64,000 nucleotides of DNA from Centroscyllium fabricii (taxonomy: Eukaryota). The notes under the pieces are model-generated. The model was given only the letters and a program-made list of their open reading frames with translations, was not told the origin of the DNA and did not search any database. The first letter of the stretch is position 1. Every line of letters begins with the position of its first letter. The stretch spans positions 36,332,001 to 36,396,000 of the forward strand of contig JBNRSN020000002.1 of the NCBI GenBank assembly GCA_051313645.2. The letters are read 5' to 3'. Shown here piece by piece: positions 47,870 to 62,590 of the stretch. The position numbers were made by a program, and so were the translations under genes.

Positions 47870-48950
47870 TTAAGGACTTGCATTTATATAGCGCCTTTCA
47901 CAACCTCAGGACATCTTAAAGCACGTTACAGCCAATGAGGTACTTTTGAAGCGTGGTCACTTTTGTAATTTAGGGAGACACAGTAGCCCATTTGCACACA
48001 GCAAGATCCCACAAACAGCAATGTGATAATGATCAGATAATTGGTTCTAGTGATGTTGGTTGAGGGATAAATAACAGCCAGAACACTGGTCAGAACGCCC
48101 CTGATCTTGTTTAAATATTGCCATGAGATTTTTTATATCTAGGTCGCAGTCTAAGGATAAGGGGGAAGCCATTTAGGACAGAGATGAGGAATTTCTTCAC
48201 CCAGAGAGTGGTGAACCTGTGGAATTCTCTACCACTGAAGGCAGTTGAGGCCAATTCATTAAATATATTCAAGAAGGAGTTGGATATATTTCTTAAGGCT
48301 AAAGGTATCATGGGATATGGGGAGAAGGCGGGACAGGGTGCTGGGTTTACATAGAAGATAGGAGCAGGAGTAGGCCATTCGGCCCTTCGAGCCTGCTCCG
48401 CCATTCAATGAGATCATGGCTGATCATCCAAACCCAGTACCCTGTCCCTGCCTTGTGCCCATATCCCTCGATCCCTATCGAGCCTGCACCAACACATATC
48501 CCACCCTATCCCCGTAACCCCATACATTCAATCCCCCTAACACTAAGGGTCAATTTATCCTGGCCAATCAACCTAATCCACACATCTTTGGACTGTGGGA
48601 GGAAACCGGAGCACCCGGAGGAAACCCACGCAGACACGGGGAGAATGTGCAAACTCCACACAGATGTTTGGAGGCTGGATTTGAACCCAGGTCTCTAGTG
48701 CTGTTTGGATGATCAGCCATGATCTCATTAAATGGCGGAGTAGGCTCGAGGGGCCGAATGGCCTACTCCTGCTCCTATCTTCTATGTTTCCCTGGTGGGC
48801 AGACTCAGTTTAACGTCTCATGTGAAATACTGCAAACAGTCGCTCAAGTACTGCACCAAAGTGCCAGCCTAGATTTTGTGCTCAATTCTCTGCAGGTGGG
48901 GCTTGAAACCACGATCATCAGGCTCAGAGGCATGAGTGCCAACACCTAAA
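47870..48950 (-). mobile_element. Deu-domain SINE split by a CR1 3' end (48140-48790) that itself contains a truncated HE1 (48349-48703)
   Basis: L2-like tail CTTGCATTTATATAGCGCCTTT, Deu core GTTTAACGTCTCAT, tRNA-like head near 48900-48950. Confidence 0.65.
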
Positions 48951-49410
48951 CCTTGTCATCTGAAGATTAGAAGAACCCCACGGTCGAATGGCCTGCCGAT
49001 ATCCAGGCTCATGGCCGCTTGCGTGAGGTAGGAGACAACTGCTGGGCACCCGTGGAAGTGAAGGCATTAACCACTTCAGGACAGACAAAGAAAGAACTGA
49101 CAATCCAAATACCCTGAACAAACATGAGCATTGTAATTGTAACTCTTGTCCTGCGAGGTTTTATTAGTTTGAATATTCTGCACTCATCCCACCCCGCCCA
49201 TTAGAATGTGAATTGCATTATTTTGTGTTGAGGACTTGCACAGCAATAGTTGTCCATAATTGAGGTGAACAAAGTGAGTCAAGTCATATACTGTTTATTC
49301 ATTCCAACCCCATTAGAAAGCCTTCTGACGTGCTCTGACAGGCTTGGTTTATTGCCCCTTCGTCAGCAGAGAATCCGCAATGAGCAGCTTCCCTTCAAAG
49401 CACTCATTAG

Positions 49411-50066
49411 AATAGACTGGGGGGGGGGGGAATAGACTGGGGGGGGGGGAATAGACTGGGGGGGGGGGGGAAATAGACTGGGGGGGGGAATAGACTGGGG
49501 GGGGAATAGACTGGGGGGGAATAGACTGGGGGGTTAGACTGGGGGGGGGGGTTAGACTGGGGGGGGTTAGACTGGGGGGGGGTTAGACTGGGGGGGGGTT
49601 AGACTGGGGGGGGTTGACTGGGGGGGGTTAGACTGGGGGGGGGTTAGACTTGGGGGGGGGGTTAGACTGGGGGGGTTAGACTGGGGGGGGGGTTAGACTG
49701 GGGGGGTTAGACTGGGGGGGGGGGGTTAGACTGGGGGGGGTTAGACTGGAGGGGGGGTTAGACTGGGGGGGGTTAGACTGGGGGGGGTTAGACTGGGGGG
49801 GGGGTTAGACTGGGGGGGGTTAGACTGGGGGGTGGGGGGGGTTAGACTGGGGGGTGGGGGGGGTTAGACTAGGGGGTGGGGGGGGTTAGACTGGGGGGTG
49901 GGGTTAGACTGGGGGGTGGGGGGGTTAGACTGGGTGGGGGGGTAGACTGGGGGGGGTTAGACTGGGGGGGGGGTTAGACTGGGGGGGGGGGTTAGACTGG
50001 GGGGGGGTTAGACTGGGGGGGGGGGGTTAGACTGGGGGGGGGGTTAGACTTGGGGGGGGGGGTTAG
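49411..50066 (+). repeat. G-rich minisatellite, (GTTAGACT-Gn) / (AATAGACT-Gn), about 40 units
   Basis: TAGACT core separated by G-runs of variable length. Confidence 0.9.
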
Positions 50067-50249
50067 AATGGCTCCGGAAAATATAATTTTCTGGACAGGG
50101 ATCGGAATGTATTGGATATTTTTTTTGTCCATAGGGGCTGTTAGTGCCGACCTATCTGCTGCCAGCAAGATTGGGACACTTTCTTCCCACCGCTGTCGCC
50201 ACAATGCTTCATCGCCTCCTCCTCGGTTCAACGTTCAATGCAGAGTGAG

Positions 50250-51493
50250 CCCGGGTAATGTGCCAGGGAGGGAGGGCAGACTGTTCGCAGGATAGGGGTG
50301 AAGGGGTTAATCCGGCAGCCGGAACCCGGGGGGGGGGGGGGACGGGACGGAAAGTCAACCAGCAATCTCGGGAAACGACGTCTATCATGTATAGTGCGAA
50401 GACACATCTGCCCTGCACTTTGCAGAAGCTTCCTGACTTCTGCAGAATGTTACATTCATGAAGTGGGAACCACGAATATCCCACATCAACCGGAGGTTGG
50501 TTTTTTTTTTCTTCCTCTCTCTCGCTCTCTGCAACAGCCACTTCTTGCTACGTCGAATTCTCTCCACCTCTCTCTCAAGTGTTGCTGGCAGCGGATTGAG
50601 ATTCCTTCGTCTGTGCCAAAGAGACAATTGCTTTCTGTATGATCGTGTGGGGGTAAAACAAAACAAAAAAACACGCTGCTTCGTTGAAGCCCGGCTTTCT
50701 GGTTGTCCCCCCCCCCCCCGCCATCCCCTCTTCCCCTTCCCTCCTCCTCCCCTTTCAATCTGCCCATGTTTGACATACCACTGGGAAGTCTGAACGATCA
50801 GGAGTGGCTTACGACATTCTGTCAACACTCAGCACGTCGGCCGGCTCTGGCAGTGCAGAGCTCGGTGTTACAGGGAGGCGAGCCATCCAGCCCACTCTGA
50901 GCAGCACCTGAACCAGCAAAAAGTGTACCGGCAACGGAGGAGGAGGAGGCTGGGGTCGCTGCTCAGCACCTCTGTCCCCATTGATTAAAGGTCAGACTGG
51001 TCAGCTCAAATCATGGGACGGTAATTCCGACTGACGGATCTGAACGATTCATTAACAGAGCGAGAGAGAGAGAGAGAGTTTGGGAAGGTTTCTGGGCGAC
51101 GCGACACTTGCTGCAAGAAGAAGAGGAGGAGGAGGAGAAGGTTAAAAAAAACCCTTCAGAGCACACACACATACAAAAAAAAAACAACCCCCAAGAAACT
51201 TCACCACAGTCTGCACAAGTCAAGTGAGCAGCGACTTTGGGAGCCCTGGTCTGCCCGGATCCTTTCCCCACAGGAGGCACGGACCCAGCTACAGCCAGCC
51301 AGCGAGTTTGTGGAGATTCTGTTGCTATTTCAGATTTCCAGCATCCCGCAGTATTTCGCTATCGTTGAAGACAAAAAAAGGACTGGATTCTGCCAGACTG
51401 GGGTGTTTTTTTTGGTGTTAAACTAGTGTGGACACAACAAACAAAGGGTGGGGGGTTGCTGAATGGAGCCTGTCACTGTGCGGAAAAGGATGG
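50250..51493 (+). promoter_or_regulatory. Probable LRRTM1 promoter / first-exon region ending at donor ATGG|GTAAG
   Basis: TE-free, relatively GC/CpG-rich segment upstream of the CDS, with a strong donor at 51494. TSS not determinable from sequence. Confidence 0.45.
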
Positions 51494-51836
51494 GTAAGAT
51501 GATTTTCGTTTGAATCGTTTCAGTAACCAAGCTCGTGTGCATCCCTGACAGCCTCGACCATGAAACCGATCAATTGATGCTCAGGATGTGCTGGAGCTGC
51601 CGGCGTTGGACTGGGCTGGACAAATGTGAGCAGTCACAGCACACCAGGTTATAGTCTCCCCAACAGCAAGATTCTCCTGATTGTGTGGTTTTTGATTTCT
51701 CCCTTCCAAACTCCCTCGTCCTCCATCCACCCTGGATGTCACCGAGGCAGGAGACCCTCCTGCCCGAGTCAGAAAAAAAATTCAGTTCAACCAACAACAA
51801 AAAAAGAAGGAAATAATGATGTCAAAAAGTTTGGGG

Positions 51837-53774
<1,938 letters not shown>

Positions 53775-56700
53775 TTTTCTTTTCCCCTCCTGGTGGACAC
53801 ACTGCAGCCCGAGGTGGGCACATACAAAAGGACCACTTTACAATACTGAGTATGAATGAATTACACTGTTACTGATTCCAATAAACCCTGCACCGGGGTC
53901 TTTCAAAAATCCAAAACAATATTTAAGCTTCATTGCGTCTTTAAAAACCTTTCAAACCATCCTCTCTGTTCGACTGTCATTTGAAATTTGTAAAAGGAAA
54001 CAAAAAATGTATATGTAACTCTTCTCACCAGTTTCTTATGCTATTAAATCCACCTGTAAGATCTGGGAATAAGAGGGAGTTCAAGGCTCGTCAATGATGT
54101 AAGTTAATCAATTTTGTAAACTACCCTGATTTAAATAAATATTTAAAAAAATGTGATTTACAGCATCAGAGTCGAGAGTAACAGCATACCGACATATGTA
54201 GCAACGGGTGAGAAAAATGACCTTCAATCTTTCGGTGTGCGATGTCCTTTCCCCCCCTCAGGATTCTCAATTTATTGCAGTGATCAACCCTCCCCGAGTA
54301 TGTAAACTAAAAGCGCAGCACACCAAAGCCGAGATCACTCCTACTGTCCATGTCTGCCAGGGGGTGAATGGTTAAATCCAAAACCCAGGATCAAGCCCAC
54401 GCTCACCATCTTTCTCTAGGTGTGTGCCACCTGAAACACGGCAGCTCACAGCCAGGGCAGAGAGCAGAGCCTTACTGCAGTGTGTGGGTCATTTCTATTA
54501 ATGGTGCTGTACCACACAATTCAAACATCCACATCTCTCCAGAAAGACACAAGGACAATAATAAATAAGTTGTTTAACAGAAGTATCTGACAGGGTAAAA
54601 TTTCAATCTGTATTTTGTTGAGGGGGAAGAATTATTTTTAATTCATAAATCAGGGGGATGTGTTGATAATAGCTGATAGAAATATATCAATTATGCATAT
54701 CAATGTTTTATTTAAAACAGATAACATGTTGGTGTATCATTTTTTAGCTACATATTTGAAAGCTTTTTATTTTTTCTAATTTTATTTTTACACAGTTGAA
54801 AAATAGTCATATTTCAAACTCCACCACCCCAAAAAAGGTCTAGTAACAAAATCCTTTGATTTTTCCTCTTTAATTTATCCCTTTTTAAGTACAGGAATTT
54901 CACATAACTTCATAAACATGAGATAATTTCAGCCCCTTTGGGATGGAAAGGGTTAAATCTAGCTGTGCATGCTGAGTTCATTCTCTATCCTTTTTCCCCA
55001 CTTTGTGTTTTTACATTTCCTTTCTCCATTTTATAATCCCCTTTTTACTTTCTTTCTTCTTAATCATTCCGTCCTCTGGTTTCTCGTCGGCAAACTGGAG
55101 CCTTTTTTGGCTCCTGCTTAAATTTTCACCAGCTTCAAAATGCCAAACAGTTCTAATTCCTGGAGCCAATTTCCTTTTTTTCCCATTCGGAGCTGAAGGC
55201 ACTCAGAAGGCTAGTAGTAATCTCTTCGACACCTCTCTGCATTGAGATGTCAATTATATTCGCAGCTCCTGTTGCTGCAGTGAAATCGCAGGCAACCCGC
55301 AGCAACATAACAAGCCAGGGAACCAAACAGCAAAAGGAATTTACTCCAAAATGGCTGCAACTTAATTATGGAGCCAAAGTTGGTGCCTGCTTAGTTGCAG
55401 CCTTTATAACATTCCGCACTAGCACATTGGTTTCTCTGTTGTGATCTTTCAGCATGTCATTATTGTTTCATTTTACTCCCAATTATGACTTGTTTTCTAA
55501 GCTTCACCTTCCTCTTTAGCTCCTCATGTATTAGTCTAACTGAATATTTTGATGAACTCGCCATTGACTGCTTTCTTGTCTGCTTGGTCTTTCTTTCTTC
55601 CCTCCAGTATTCCTGTTTTCTAATGCTCTCATTGTTGCTTCTGTTTCTTGGCCAGCATCCCTTGTCCTCTTAGCACTTAGGCATGCCAATTCTGCTACAC
55701 TGTATGAACTGCAGAGCTGCCAGTTTTAAGAATTACTTATAGATGGCCTTCGTAACTGACACTGTTTAAGTAGACCTGCAGGATAAAGCATTGGTGAAAG
55801 TATAAATATGTGATGACAACAGCGCAGTTGATTGGAAAAAAAAAAATCTTTTACAAAATCCAGCTGAAATGCCATGCTTCACAGACCAGTCTAAATGAAG
55901 TCATTATGAAAGCTAGTTATAAAAAAAAAATCTCAATACCGGCATCTACTGGCAATTGCCTTCCTTGCTGGCATTCAAATGTTCATTGGCAATTTGCTTC
56001 CTCTTTCTGTTCTCTTTGCCAGCGTTTATAGCATCTGAATTTCACTATCCGTTCATCACATGCGATGAATTGTACCACAATGCTGACAAAGAAGGCCGCA
56101 AAAAGATTTAAGTTACACAAATGAGCCAACTTGAAGATTGAATCTGGGTTTACTAAGTTTGAAAATACTTTACCGAAGAGCTTTGCACAGATGAGGCTCT
56201 TAAAAAAAATCACCTTTAATTTTAGAAAAGTCGGACCCCTGCCCGCACACAATTTATCCGTCTTAGTGCTACAGTAGAGAGAGAGAGAGAGAGAGAGAAA
56301 ATAATCACAGCAGCACAGGGGCATCGGCAGAGCAGCTGCAATAGCAAGGGTGATGGACAAGCATTTTAGAAAAGAAACTTCACTTTGCGTAGCAACAGAA
56401 AAGGTATAAGCAGAAGATCTGTAGCCTCCTGCTAAGCTAATTTATTAATAGGTTGTAAACATTTATTCTGCTGACACAAGATGGGATTTGATAAAACAAT
56501 TTGTTTTACGAGGGGGAAGGAATGAGCTTCAGCAAGGCCTGTTTCTTTTCAGCCTCTGGCGCTCGCCTTGAGAAAATTGCTGAACTCTCCAAGGGCATTA
56601 CTATCACTTGTTACTGCAGGCCCTGAGAGCAGTGGTGGCAGATTAGTGTTAAAAAGCATGGATCAGTGTCAGAGATGCAAAAATATAGCTGTCAGATTAC

Positions 56701-56945
56701 CACTGGAAGACTTTACATCCATGGCTGTTTAGTATCAATAACCGTTGTTGTTCCTGTTGAATTATTTTCATTTTCATGCACTAACAATTCAAAGTCATAA
56801 AAATAGTAGCTTACATGTTGGAGCCCAGTTCCTTTTTTTATTTTACTTGGAATTGAACATTCAACAATGACTCAAACCTGCAGAATGTTACAACGGTGTT
56901 TACTGCTGAACTCTTTAACCCAACACTATCAAACAAAAAGGCCTG

Positions 56946-57173
56946 CATTTATCTTTCAGATGCTAATAAACCTGCGGTGTATTTCCAGCATTTTCGGTTT
57001 GTATTGAGGACAATTGGAAACTACGAGCTAAATATTTTGCCAATTTTTCCCAAACTCAACCCTTCAGATCAGGAAAAAAATAAATGTCTTGAAAAACAGC
57101 AAAGAATGTCCTCAATACAAACAGAAAATGCTGGAAATACACCGCAGGTTTATTAGCATCTGAAAGATAAATG
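56946..57173. repeat. 67-bp inverted repeat (1 mismatch, 94-bp spacer) overlapping an old Penelope pLTR remnant
   Basis: 56946-57012 is the reverse complement of 57107-57173. Right arm resembles 39405-39460. Confidence 0.85.
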
Positions 57174-59360
57174 ATTCATTCGGTCAAGCCCTTCATCAGA
57201 ATACCAGTTCTGAAGCGTAACATATCTGAAAAGTCAGCCTGTCTTTCCTAGGGCTCCCGCCCCCTCATGCTTTAGCAGGTTTACCCCTTTGAGATTAGAA
57301 AGGATGCAGGTGCAATCCATATATGGAAGTAGTTCATCTCAACCAGGGTGTTGGTGGAGATGCGACAAGTGGCCTCACAGTATGCTTTGGTCAGATAGGG
57401 GAGGGAAGTGGAGACATAATTCTGCTCCTGATCTTCCCAGCAACCTTGACTGAAAGACTGACAGTATGCACAAATATTGGGGTGTGATGTGATGCCCTCT
57501 GCGGTTGAACAGTCCAATGCTGACAACTCTTAGAGGAGGAATGGATACTTGAGTGAGGTACCACAGGGAAATGGACACCCGTAATACTGTACGTCACTAA
57601 ACTGTCAACACCTTTAACAGAGGGAGGTATAAAATGACAAGAACATTCTTTCTTCTGCATGCCTGCTGGCATCACTGATGACTAGGCTTCCTTCCAGCTT
57701 AATGGAGCTGATACGGGCCCTACTTTACTGCAGCATACAATAGTATTTTGCAAGAAAGTGATTAGATTAAATGCCTTATACGGGATTGATTTTACCAGAA
57801 AACATCAGCACAGAGATTCAGCACCCAATCAGGAATTAAGTCAAATGTCGCTAATAACGTGTGGGGAAAATCAGTGAAATTATAGAAGCTAAACTTGAAC
57901 ACAACTCAGAGCATCAATTGGAAGTCAATTGTTTTCTAGACTGCCATTTTGTATTCCGCCCAAATACTGTTTAGAGGTAGTAGGTGTATCTTTTTTAATT
58001 CTTGGGTTCATAATACAGTTCAGTTAAGTAACATTGTATTGTGCTATACGAGAGGCTGCACTATAAACCGAAATACACTGGGGTCCATTTTCATTGCCTC
58101 TGCTGGGCAGGAACTGGATGGTAGCACTCTTAAAATCGGGGGCTGACCTTACTGATGCATTGCCGCTCCCAACTCGCTGTCCGCCATTTCCAACCAGTCC
58201 TGGAAGTGGATGGCAAGAACCCCTGCCTTTTTCAGACAGTACCTCATTGGGGTCCTATGACCTACATAGGACCCTGATGCAATATTGAGTTACTAATGGG
58301 GCAGCCCGTGGACTGCTGATTTGTACTAGGTGCAGAGCGGCCTAACCAGTGGTCCTCACAGGAATAGTTGCAGGCCACTCACAAAAACCATTGTCTAAAA
58401 TTATTTTTGAGGCCAGGAGGTACATCAAAAAGCTCCTCCTGGCCCGAAACAAATCATGCCACTTACTGCCGGTCCTTCCATGCCCCACTCCCACGACTGT
58501 CTCCCCCTACCATTGTCTCTCCCCACACCTTTAGGCTCCAGCTTGCAATTCAATTCAATTCAAATTGCTTTATTGGCATGACAAGATACGTCTTATGTTG
58601 CCAAAGCACAGAAAAAGGACATATACAATTGAACATACAAACGCAGGTCCAGACATACAGTGAATGGATAAATATGCAAACGTATACATAAATACACCCA
58701 TATAAATCTCATATAACATACACATGCAGAATTAGATATACAGTGAATGGATAACTATGCAAACACATACATATATACCCACATATAAATCTCATATACT
58801 CTTCTTAGCTTCAGTGGTCACTGGTTGTCCCTCTGCTTATGGCAAGCTGTGACGTAGTTTGCTGATAATTTTATACAGTCCCTCTGTTCCCCCCAATAGA
58901 TATGGGAGTTTTTGGTGGTCGTTCAAATTTTTGAATTCAGGGCATGTTTTTACGAATTTTTGGGTAGAAATTCCCCCTTATGCCCTGATAGTTTTCACAG
59001 GTTGTGAGGAAATGCAGCTCAGAGGAGCAGCCGCTGGATTCTCCCTGCCCCGACCGGCAAAGCTGCCTGCGAGCATTTAGTTCAGATGCTAATGAAGCCC
59101 GACCATCGAAATAACTCTGGCCTCTCCCTGAGGACATCGGGTGGGCGGCACAATCGCTTTGCCCGTCGCCCGCCAGATGTCTGCCTATCTGTCCCACTTA
59201 TTCTTTATTCTTCACAACTCTGTCCTTCTCGAATTGTCTCTCTGCTTTTATCCCACATGAAAACCGTTCGGTGGATCATTACTGGCCCTGGGTGGAATTT
59301 TTGGCAGTGTCCTAATCTCTCTCTCCTTCACTCCAATCCTGGCACATCGTTCCCTTTTTT

Positions 59361-59450
59361 ATGATGTGGAGGTGCCGGTGCTGGACTGGGGTGGACAAAT
59401 GCAAGAAGTCACACAACACCAGGTTATTGTCCAACAGTTTTAATCTGTAA
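59361..59450 (-). mobile_element. Very short Penelope 3'-end insertion
   Basis: Same terminus as 1143-1225. TSD TCCCTTTTTT (59351-59360, 59451-59460). Confidence 0.75.
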
Positions 59451-59678
59451 TCCCTTTTTTAATATGTGCCTGTGAAGCTCTTTGTTTTTCTCTTACACAA
59501 TCTGTTCTTTGTTTCCTTCATATTTAATGTTTTTTTTGTTGCTCCCAGCATCATCCCCTTTCCTTCCCAGATCTAATTCTTTTAATTCTAAACTGTGATA
59601 ATAACTGGAGCGAAGTCACTGCTACCATCCCCACTGAGACCAGCTTTCAGCCGCGACCCATTTACATCACAGGGGCAA

Positions 59679-59695
59679 TAGTGCCACCTAGTGAC
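59679..59695 (-). promoter_or_regulatory. Candidate CTCF motif
   Basis: - strand GTCACTAGGTGGCACTA in apparently unique DNA. Confidence 0.45.
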
Positions 59696-60176
59696 TTCCT
59701 CTACTAACTGTTTACGCCGAGCAAAGCTTCAGTTTGTAAGTTAAGTAACTTACAGAAAGGCAAATATTTTTTTTAAATGCAGTCTTTACTTAATCATTTA
59801 AAATAAACATATGCCTGATAATGTGCTGGTAAATGAGTTTCAGATCTCAAGTTATATCAAATCTTGTGTGCTTCCCAATTTTACACTGCCGCCTTAATGG
59901 TATATAAAGTTAGTGAACCATCACAGATTTGAACCACTAGGAAAGCAGCCTGGACCTCTTACCAGGACCACCCAATTATAAATAGTCATGCGATTTGAAA
60001 CTACTTTGGTATCCTGGCAACCTAGCCGTTACCATGGCAGTGGAGCCACTGTCCACAACAAATGCTTCTTTCTTTCTCCTTTTTGTTGATTACGGTCACA
60101 TTTGTGCTGCCGTATCACCCTCAGAAATACCGTGTCTAATGAAGACAAAGCAGAATCTTATCAACCAAGTGAGGGA

Positions 60177-60478
60177 AATAATAATAATAATTCAACTTTA
60201 TTGTCATTATACAATGTGCAAGTACATGAACAACGAAATGTGATCTTGCAAGCTCCCAAGAGTCCAGCAAAGCCGCTGCGTCTGTGCGCGCCGCCATTCC
60301 ATCTTTCCATCATTCCGACAATCTTCAGCCAACCGCCCCTCCCCGGGGCTCCTTTCTTGACATTCTGCACCTGGTATTCCCTGGTGGTGGTCACCCATCC
60401 AAGTACTAACCAGGCCTGGCTCTGCTTAGCTTCCAAGCCTTGCCAGTGACCCTGTCCCTAGTCCCAGGAACAGGGACT
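60177..60478 (-). mobile_element. 5S rRNA-derived SINE, copy 2
   Basis: Reverse complement aligns end-to-end with 18380-18668. Confidence 0.8.
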
Positions 60479-60864
60479 TATTAGTCTCGCATTGCAAACA
60501 CCGTATAAACAGGGCTTATATGGTCTTTGATGGAGACATGCTTTGAATCTTTTATCTAATACCCCTTTTAAGAGAAGCTGTGTAAAATAACACTGTTTTC
60601 ATGTGCCCATTTATACTGCAGGGTGGACCCTGCAACCATGGGACAGGGGAACAATTTTCCCGTGAAAAACTTGCAAGTGCACATTTGTTCGGAAGTCACA
60701 AGTGCGACTTGAAAGCAAATCCAGATGTGCAACTCTACTGCAAGCACAGTTAGTGCACCATCTTGGCTGCACTGAGGTGTCGGAAATGCAGGAGTGTCCT
60801 GTACAGATAGTTGACGGCTCAACCTCCACGTAGTTGAACCCAAAATGATGGACTGGCCCATGGT

Positions 60865-61265
60865 GGGCGGCACGGTGGCAGTGGTTAGCACTGTTGTCTC
60901 ACAGCACTGGAGACCTGGGTTCAAATCCAGCCTCGGGTACTATCTGTGTGGAGTTTGCACATTCTCCCCATGTCTGCGTGGGTTTCCTGCGGGTGCTCCG
61001 GTTTCCTCCCACAGTCCAAAGATGTGCGGGTTAGGTTGATTGGCCAGGATAAATTGACCCTTAGTGTTAGGGGGATTGAATATGTGGGGTTACGGGGATA
61101 GGGTGGGATATGTGTCGGTGCAGGTTCGATAGGGGTCGAGGGATATGGGGGGAGGGCAGGGGCGGGGTGCTGGGTTTGGATGATCAGCCATGATCTCATT
61201 GAATGGCGGAGCAGGCTCGAAGGGCCGAATGGCCTACTCCTGCTCCTAGTTTCTATGTTTCTATG
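60865..61265 (+). mobile_element. HE1-type V-SINE
   Basis: Full head, V-domain and CR1 tail. Confidence 0.9.
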
Positions 61266-61831
61266 AGCCATCACCGTGAGCACCCAGGTGTCAGTCAGCC
61301 CAGCAGAAACCGCTGCCATGCAGGTTTTCAGTGCCTTTGACGGCAGTGGTGCCAAGTCACTTGGGTTACACAGAACGGGGCTGCTATAGTCTGAGGTAAT
61401 CCTGTGTCGCAAATTAAACGGGGTATCAGTCAACATTCCTAAATGCACTGCAAGTGACTTTAGGAAGATCCACGACGTGTGCAGAATTGTCTGCATGACA
61501 TACGTACAAGAGAAAACCAGCAGTGGCATTAAACTGCACTCCTGATAAATGTCGAGCAGGAAATCATCTATTTTCACCAACACTTTTATTTTTCCTTAAT
61601 TAGTTTCTTTTAATAAAGAGGTTATTGTTTTGTTTTACTTTGAACAGTAAAGGAAAAAATCTGAGAGTCTTTGTCTGCCTATTCCACCATGTATGCTAAC
61701 AGATCCTGTATGCATGTAGCAAAGACCAGATGGAGCTTCTCTCCAGTAAAATACACACTTTTGCCCAGACATTCTCTGCTCCGTTCCAGTTCCAGCTTCA
61801 GTAATTACAGAAGATCTATCTCAGAGTTAAT

Positions 61832-62590
61832 GGGGTAAATTTTCCAAGGTGCGGGGAATTCGGGTGGGTCAGGATTCTGACCTGAATGTTAAAGGGCCTG
61901 GGAGCCCCAAGCAATTTTGGCTCAATTGGCCAATTAATTCCCCGCGTGCGGGAACCCCTTCCAATTGATTGATTTAAGACAGAAAGCCGGCTGGGTTCCT
62001 GCTGTGTAACCACCAGAGCCCATGATTGACAAGTCTAAGTAGTTTGGTTTGCTTGTAATTGTTGACTTAGTGCTTTATAATGTCATAAAGCCCTGTAACC
62101 ACAAAGCCATGATTGACAAGTCTAAGTAGTTTGTTTCACTGGCAACCTCTTGCCAGCTAGGGAAGATCTTTCTGGAAATCAGCTGGAAGGTGAGGTTTTG
62201 ATCTTGTTCACCCTAGGGAGACAGTTAGACCTCCAGCATACTGGAGGCCAGGGAGGCATTCTGCTACAGCTGCTTGAATGCCTTGAAGGTGAAAGTCAGC
62301 AAGCCGAATGTGTCCCCGCTAGGTTTCATTGGCGGGGTTTCAGGCTGGCGGGTTATGGGTGGGAAACACTTCAAAATCTCGGGAGCCCCTTAAAACGGCA
62401 TTATACATGCCAATTAATGTGGTTAACGACAATCAGGCGAGAAAGAATCGGGGCGGCTAGACCCAGCGGCAGGAAATCGGAAAGCGGCCGGGATCCAGCA
62501 AGGGGGGGGGGGGGGTTTGTCGGGACCCCCCGGGTTTGGTATTTTGCGCCCATCCCCGCCGAAAAGCTCGCCTCACGGCTCACTGATCCC
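61832..62590. mobile_element. GC-rich MITE (family of 22459 and 34952)
   Basis: Terminus GGGGTAAATTTTCC and shared internal segment at 62230-62365. Confidence 0.55.

Noticed and set aside
49411-50066. Interstitial telomeric repeat
   Set aside because: Unit is GGGTTAGACT, with no TTAGGG arrays.
50828-50848. REST/RE1 site upstream of LRRTM1 (CTCAGCACGTCGGCCGGC)
   Set aside because: Too many mismatches in the GGACAG half-site.
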